This document shows, piece by piece, positions 60,839 to 64,000 of a stretch of DNA of 64,000 bases (within the stretch, counting starts at the first letter, position 1; each line of letters begins with the position of its first letter). The stretch is taken from positions 416,001 to 480,000 of the forward strand of contig JANNXA010000055.1 in NCBI GenBank assembly GCA_031409275.1, given 5' to 3'. The position numbers were made by a program, and so were the translations under genes. A model generated the notes under the pieces. The model saw nothing but the letters and a program-made list of their open reading frames with translations, ran no database searches and was not told the DNA's origin. This stretch comes from Planctomycetota bacterium. GTDB lineage: Bacteria > Planctomycetota > B15-G4 > SIAN01.

Positions 60839-63319
60839 ATGCCGCTGCCCGATTCGACTGGCCTGCCCGCCGCGCAGCTGCGATGGCGCTGCCTCTTGCC
60901 CGCCTCCGCGCTCGAAGTCGGCAGCGACGAGCTCGACCGTCTCGGCCAGCGTCGCGCGCTCGATGCGTTGCGGCTCGGCCTCGAGATCGACGCGCCGGGC
61001 TACCACGTCTTCGTCTCGGGGCTGCCAGGCACCGGCCGCGTGCAGGCGGTCCGCCGACTGCTCGCCGGTCTTTCCGATCGCTGTGCCGTCGTCACCGACA
61101 AGGCCTTCGTGCACGGCTTCGCCGACCCGGCGCGGCCGCGCCTGCTGGAACTGCCGGGTGGCCGCATGCGCGCCTTCGCGACCCGCACGGAGGAGCTCGC
61201 GACCGACCTGATCGCCCGCCTCGACGCGCTCGGCGACGATGAAGCGCACCTGCGCCGCCGCCGCCGCCTCGAACAGGCGCTCGCCGAAGCGAGCACGCGT
61301 CAGCTCGCCGAGCTCGCGGCGGCGGCGCAGCCAGCCGGCCTCTCGCTCTACGAAGTGAAGGAGCACGGCTTCACGCGACCCGCGCTCGGCGTCGCCGACG
61401 GGGACGAGATCTTCCCGATCGAGGCGCTGCGCATGCTGGCGCAGCAGGGTCGCATCGAAAGCAGTCGCGTCGACGCCATCGAGGAGGCGGCGCGGCCCGT
61501 GCAGGCGCAGTTGGAACGCACGGTGATCGAGCTGCGGCGCGCGGCGCGGGCGCGCGCGCGCGAGCTTGCCGCGTTCGATCGGGACCAGGCGCGCTCGGTG
61601 ATCCGACCGGAGCTCGACGAAGTCGCCGCCGAGTTCCCCTTCGAACCGGTGGCAAAGCTTCTCGCGCAGGCCGAACAGTGGATCCTCGACCGCATGGCGC
61701 ATCCGCGCGGCGAGCGTTTCGCGCGTGCGCTGCGCCGCCGACTTGCCGTCAACGTCGTCCTCGACCACGCGGCGCGCGACACGACTCCGATCGTCGTGGT
61801 GAACCACCCGACCTACGCCAACCTGTTCGGGTCGATCGACGTGCGCACGGCCCGCTCCGGCGCGATGCGCGCCGACCACCGCGGCATCCGCGCGGGCGCG
61901 CTCGTCGAAGCCGATGGCGGCTACCTCGTCCTGAAAGCCGGCGACCTGCTGGCCGAAGAGGGCGTCTGGACGGCGCTGCGCCGCGCACTGAAGCAGGAAC
62001 AGGTCGATATCGCGGCGCGCGACACGCTGATCTCGCTCAAGCCCGAGCCAGTGCCGACCAAAGTGAAGGTCGTGCTGATCGGCGAAGCCGAGCACGAGGA
62101 GTTCCTCGAAGAGCACGACCCCGAGTTTCGTGCGATCTTCAAGGTGCGCGCCGAGTTCGACGATCAGATCGAGCGAACCGACGAGAACGTGGCGCGCTAC
62201 GCCGCGCTGCTGCGAAGGCTCTGCTCCGACGAGCGGCTGCTGCCGCTCGCCGACGATGCCGCCGAGGCGCTGCTGGAGGAGGCGGCGCGGCGCGCCGGGC
62301 GCGGCGGGGTCCTCACGACGCGGCTCTCGCCACTCGCCGACCTCGCGCGCGAAGCGAATCTCTTCGCGCAGCGCGACGCGGCGCGCGCGATCGGCGGCGG
62401 CCACGTTCGCCTCGCGTTGGCGGCCGCCCGCGAGCGCGAGGATCTGCCCGAACGGCGCTACCACTCGCAGGTGCGCGCCGGCACGCTGCTGCTCGCGACG
62501 CGCGGCGAGAAGATCGGGCAGGTGAACGCACTCACTGTGGTGACCGGCGGCGCGTTCGACTTCGGCCGCCCCGCGCGGATCACGGCCACTGTCGCGGCCG
62601 GTGACCACGGCCTGCTCAACATCGAGCGCGAGGTGCAGCTCTCGGGCGAGATCCATGACAAGGGCGTCTTCATCCTGACGTCGCTGCTGCGCGAGCGCTT
62701 CGCGCAGAACCATCCGCTGGCGCTCGCGGCGAGCCTCTGTTTCGAGCAGAGCTACGGCCCGATCGATGGCGACTCCGCTGCCTCGGCGGAGTGGTTCGCG
62801 CTGCTCTCCGCGCTGGCCTGGGCCCCGTTGAAGCAGAACCTCGCGGTGACGGGCTCGGTGAACCAGAAGGGCGAGATCCAGCCCGTCGGCGCCGTGAACG
62901 AGAAGATCGAGGGTTTCTACGACGTCTGCGCGCTCGAAGGCCTCGACGGCACACAGGGCGTCATCATCCCGCGCCGCAACGTGAAGGACCTGATGCTCGC
63001 GGAACGCGTGGTGCAGGCGGTCACGGCCGGACGCTTCCGCATCTTCGCCATCGACCACGTCGACGAAGGGATCGAGCTCTTGACCGGCATTCCCGCCGGC
63101 GCGTTGGGCAGCGACGGCCGCTTCCCCAAGGAGTCGATGAACGGCCGCTGCGCCGACCACCTCTGGTTCCTCTCCGAGGCCGCTCGCGACGCCAAGGCGC
63201 CGCCTGAGCCCGCGGCGAGCAGCGCAGCGCCGGCGGCGGCCGGCCCCTCGGCGTCGGGTGCACCAGGTGCACCGAGCGATCCCACGCCCCCGGTCGAGCC
63301 TCCGGCCGAGGCGCCATGA
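60839..63319 (+). CDS. Lon-family S16 protease, LonC-like (degenerate AAA)
   Basis: GQRRALDAL, GLPGTGR, GQVNAL, IHDKG, FEQSYGPIDGDSA, VGAVNEKIEGF. Confidence 0.92.
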   Translation: MPLPDSTGLPAAQLRWRCLLPASALEVGSDELDRLGQRRALDALRLGLEIDAPGYHVFVSGLPGTGRVQAVRRLLAGLSDRCAVVTDKAFVHGFADPARPRLLELPGGRMRAFATRTEELATDLIARLDALGDDEAHLRRRRRLEQALAEASTRQLAELAAAAQPAGLSLYEVKEHGFTRPALGVADGDEIFPIEALRMLAQQGRIESSRVDAIEEAARPVQAQLERTVIELRRAARARARELAAFDRDQARSVIRPELDEVAAEFPFEPVAKLLAQAEQWILDRMAHPRGERFARALRRRLAVNVVLDHAARDTTPIVVVNHPTYANLFGSIDVRTARSGAMRADHRGIRAGALVEADGGYLVLKAGDLLAEEGVWTALRRALKQEQVDIAARDTLISLKPEPVPTKVKVVLIGEAEHEEFLEEHDPEFRAIFKVRAEFDDQIERTDENVARYAALLRRLCSDERLLPLADDAAEALLEEAARRAGRGGVLTTRLSPLADLAREANLFAQRDAARAIGGGHVRLALAAAREREDLPERRYHSQVRAGTLLLATRGEKIGQVNALTVVTGGAFDFGRPARITATVAAGDHGLLNIEREVQLSGEIHDKGVFILTSLLRERFAQNHPLALAASLCFEQSYGPIDGDSAASAEWFALLSALAWAPLKQNLAVTGSVNQKGEIQPVGAVNEKIEGFYDVCALEGLDGTQGVIIPRRNVKDLMLAERVVQAVTAGRFRIFAIDHVDEGIELLTGIPAGALGSDGRFPKESMNGRCADHLWFLSEAARDAKAPPEPAASSAAPAAAGPSASGAPGAPSDPTPPVEPPAEAP

Positions 63320-64000
63320 ATCGCGCGCTGCTCTGGTGCGTGCTGGCCAACGTGATCGGCGGATCGACCTTCGCCGCAATGGCCGCCGCTCACGCCTGCG
63401 GCCTGCCCACCGTCACCTTCAGCTTCCTGCGCACGCTGCTCTCGACGCTGCTCTTCGCGCTGTTGGCATGGCGCGCCGGCGAGCTGCGCCCACGTTTCAG
63501 CGGGCGCGACTGGGGACTGTTGCTGCTGGTGGCGGTCCCCGGCTTCGCGCTGCCGCTGATCGTCGGCATCCGCGGCGTCGCACTGTCGACGCCGGGCCTC
63601 GGCTCGATCCTCGCGCTGCTCGAACCGATCGTGATCGTGCCGCTGTCGGTGCTCTTCCTGCGGGAAGCGCTGCCGCGCACACGCCTGCTCGGCATCGTGA
63701 TCGGGCTGTTCGGTGCGTTGCTGGTCGTGATCGGCGGCGCGAGCAGCGGCCCGCTGCCGGGCAGCGGCGCGGCCGGCGCCAACGCTCATGCCGCCACCAC
63801 GCTCGGCAACGTGCTGCTGGCGCTGCAGGGCAGCCTGTGGGCCGTCTACACCGTGGCCGCCAAGCCGCTCTGCGCGCGTCACTCGGCACTTTCGATCAGC
63901 ACCTGGTCGACGGCGCTCGGCTGCCTCGCCATGGGGCTCGTCGCACCGCTCGAGTGGAGCGCCCTGACGCCGAACGCGCTGGCGCCGCTGGCCCGCGCGT
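63316..64000 (+). CDS. EamA/DMT transporter (partial, runs off the window)
   Basis: ATGA overlap with the Lon stop; MNRALLWCVLANVIGGSTF...FLR...LEPIVIVPLSVLFLRE...GNVL..WAVYTVAAK. Confidence 0.85.
   Translation, partial: MNRALLWCVLANVIGGSTFAAMAAAHACGLPTVTFSFLRTLLSTLLFALLAWRAGELRPRFSGRDWGLLLLVAVPGFALPLIVGIRGVALSTPGLGSILALLEPIVIVPLSVLFLREALPRTRLLGIVIGLFGALLVVIGGASSGPLPGSGAAGANAHAATTLGNVLLALQGSLWAVYTVAAKPLCARHSALSISTWSTALGCLAMGLVAPLEWSALTPNALAPLARA

Overview
A gene-dense, very GC-rich bacterial chromosomal window with about 50 CDSs. I found no rRNA, tRNA, CRISPR array or transposase. The gene content suggests a Planctomycetota-like organism (inference: PurS-fused PurL, paired NfeD + FloA, a PEP-CTERM protein, DUF1573, several sulfatase-fold proteins). 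Layout: (1) 1-8.3 kb, an atypical cbb3-type (C-family) oxidase locus split into two divergent operons, each with a sigma-54 -24/-12 motif; it has no conventional ccoP/Q/G/H but has a dihaem lipoprotein cytochrome and a stand-alone FixP_N-like peptide. (2) 8.4-18.7 kb, a LeuT-like transporter, an NtrC-type activator, a REC-PAS-kinase hybrid, and a globin-coupled O2-sensor kinase at the end of a hydrolase/squalene synthase/ICMT-like/crotonase gene run. (3) 19-36.5 kb, surface Ig-like proteins and a cluster of GT-C glycosyltransferases with Thr-type (non-formylglycine) sulfatase-fold enzymes, including a GT-C/sulfatase fusion. (4) 36.5-64 kb, nfeD-nfeD-floA, lolCD-like, lysS, a small PEP-CTERM protein with a lipoprotein-like signal, tig-clpP-clpX-rlmN, ECF sigma/anti-sigma/inactive HtrA, accA, purL-purQ, a spermidine-synthase-like fusion, a LonC-like protease and a partial EamA transporter. 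The best candidates for undescribed systems are a globin-kinase to sigma-54 O2-sensing circuit controlling the cbb3 oxidase, and a GT-C + Thr-AlkP-fold extracytoplasmic glycan-decoration cluster. All assignments are by eye from motifs; no database searches were run.
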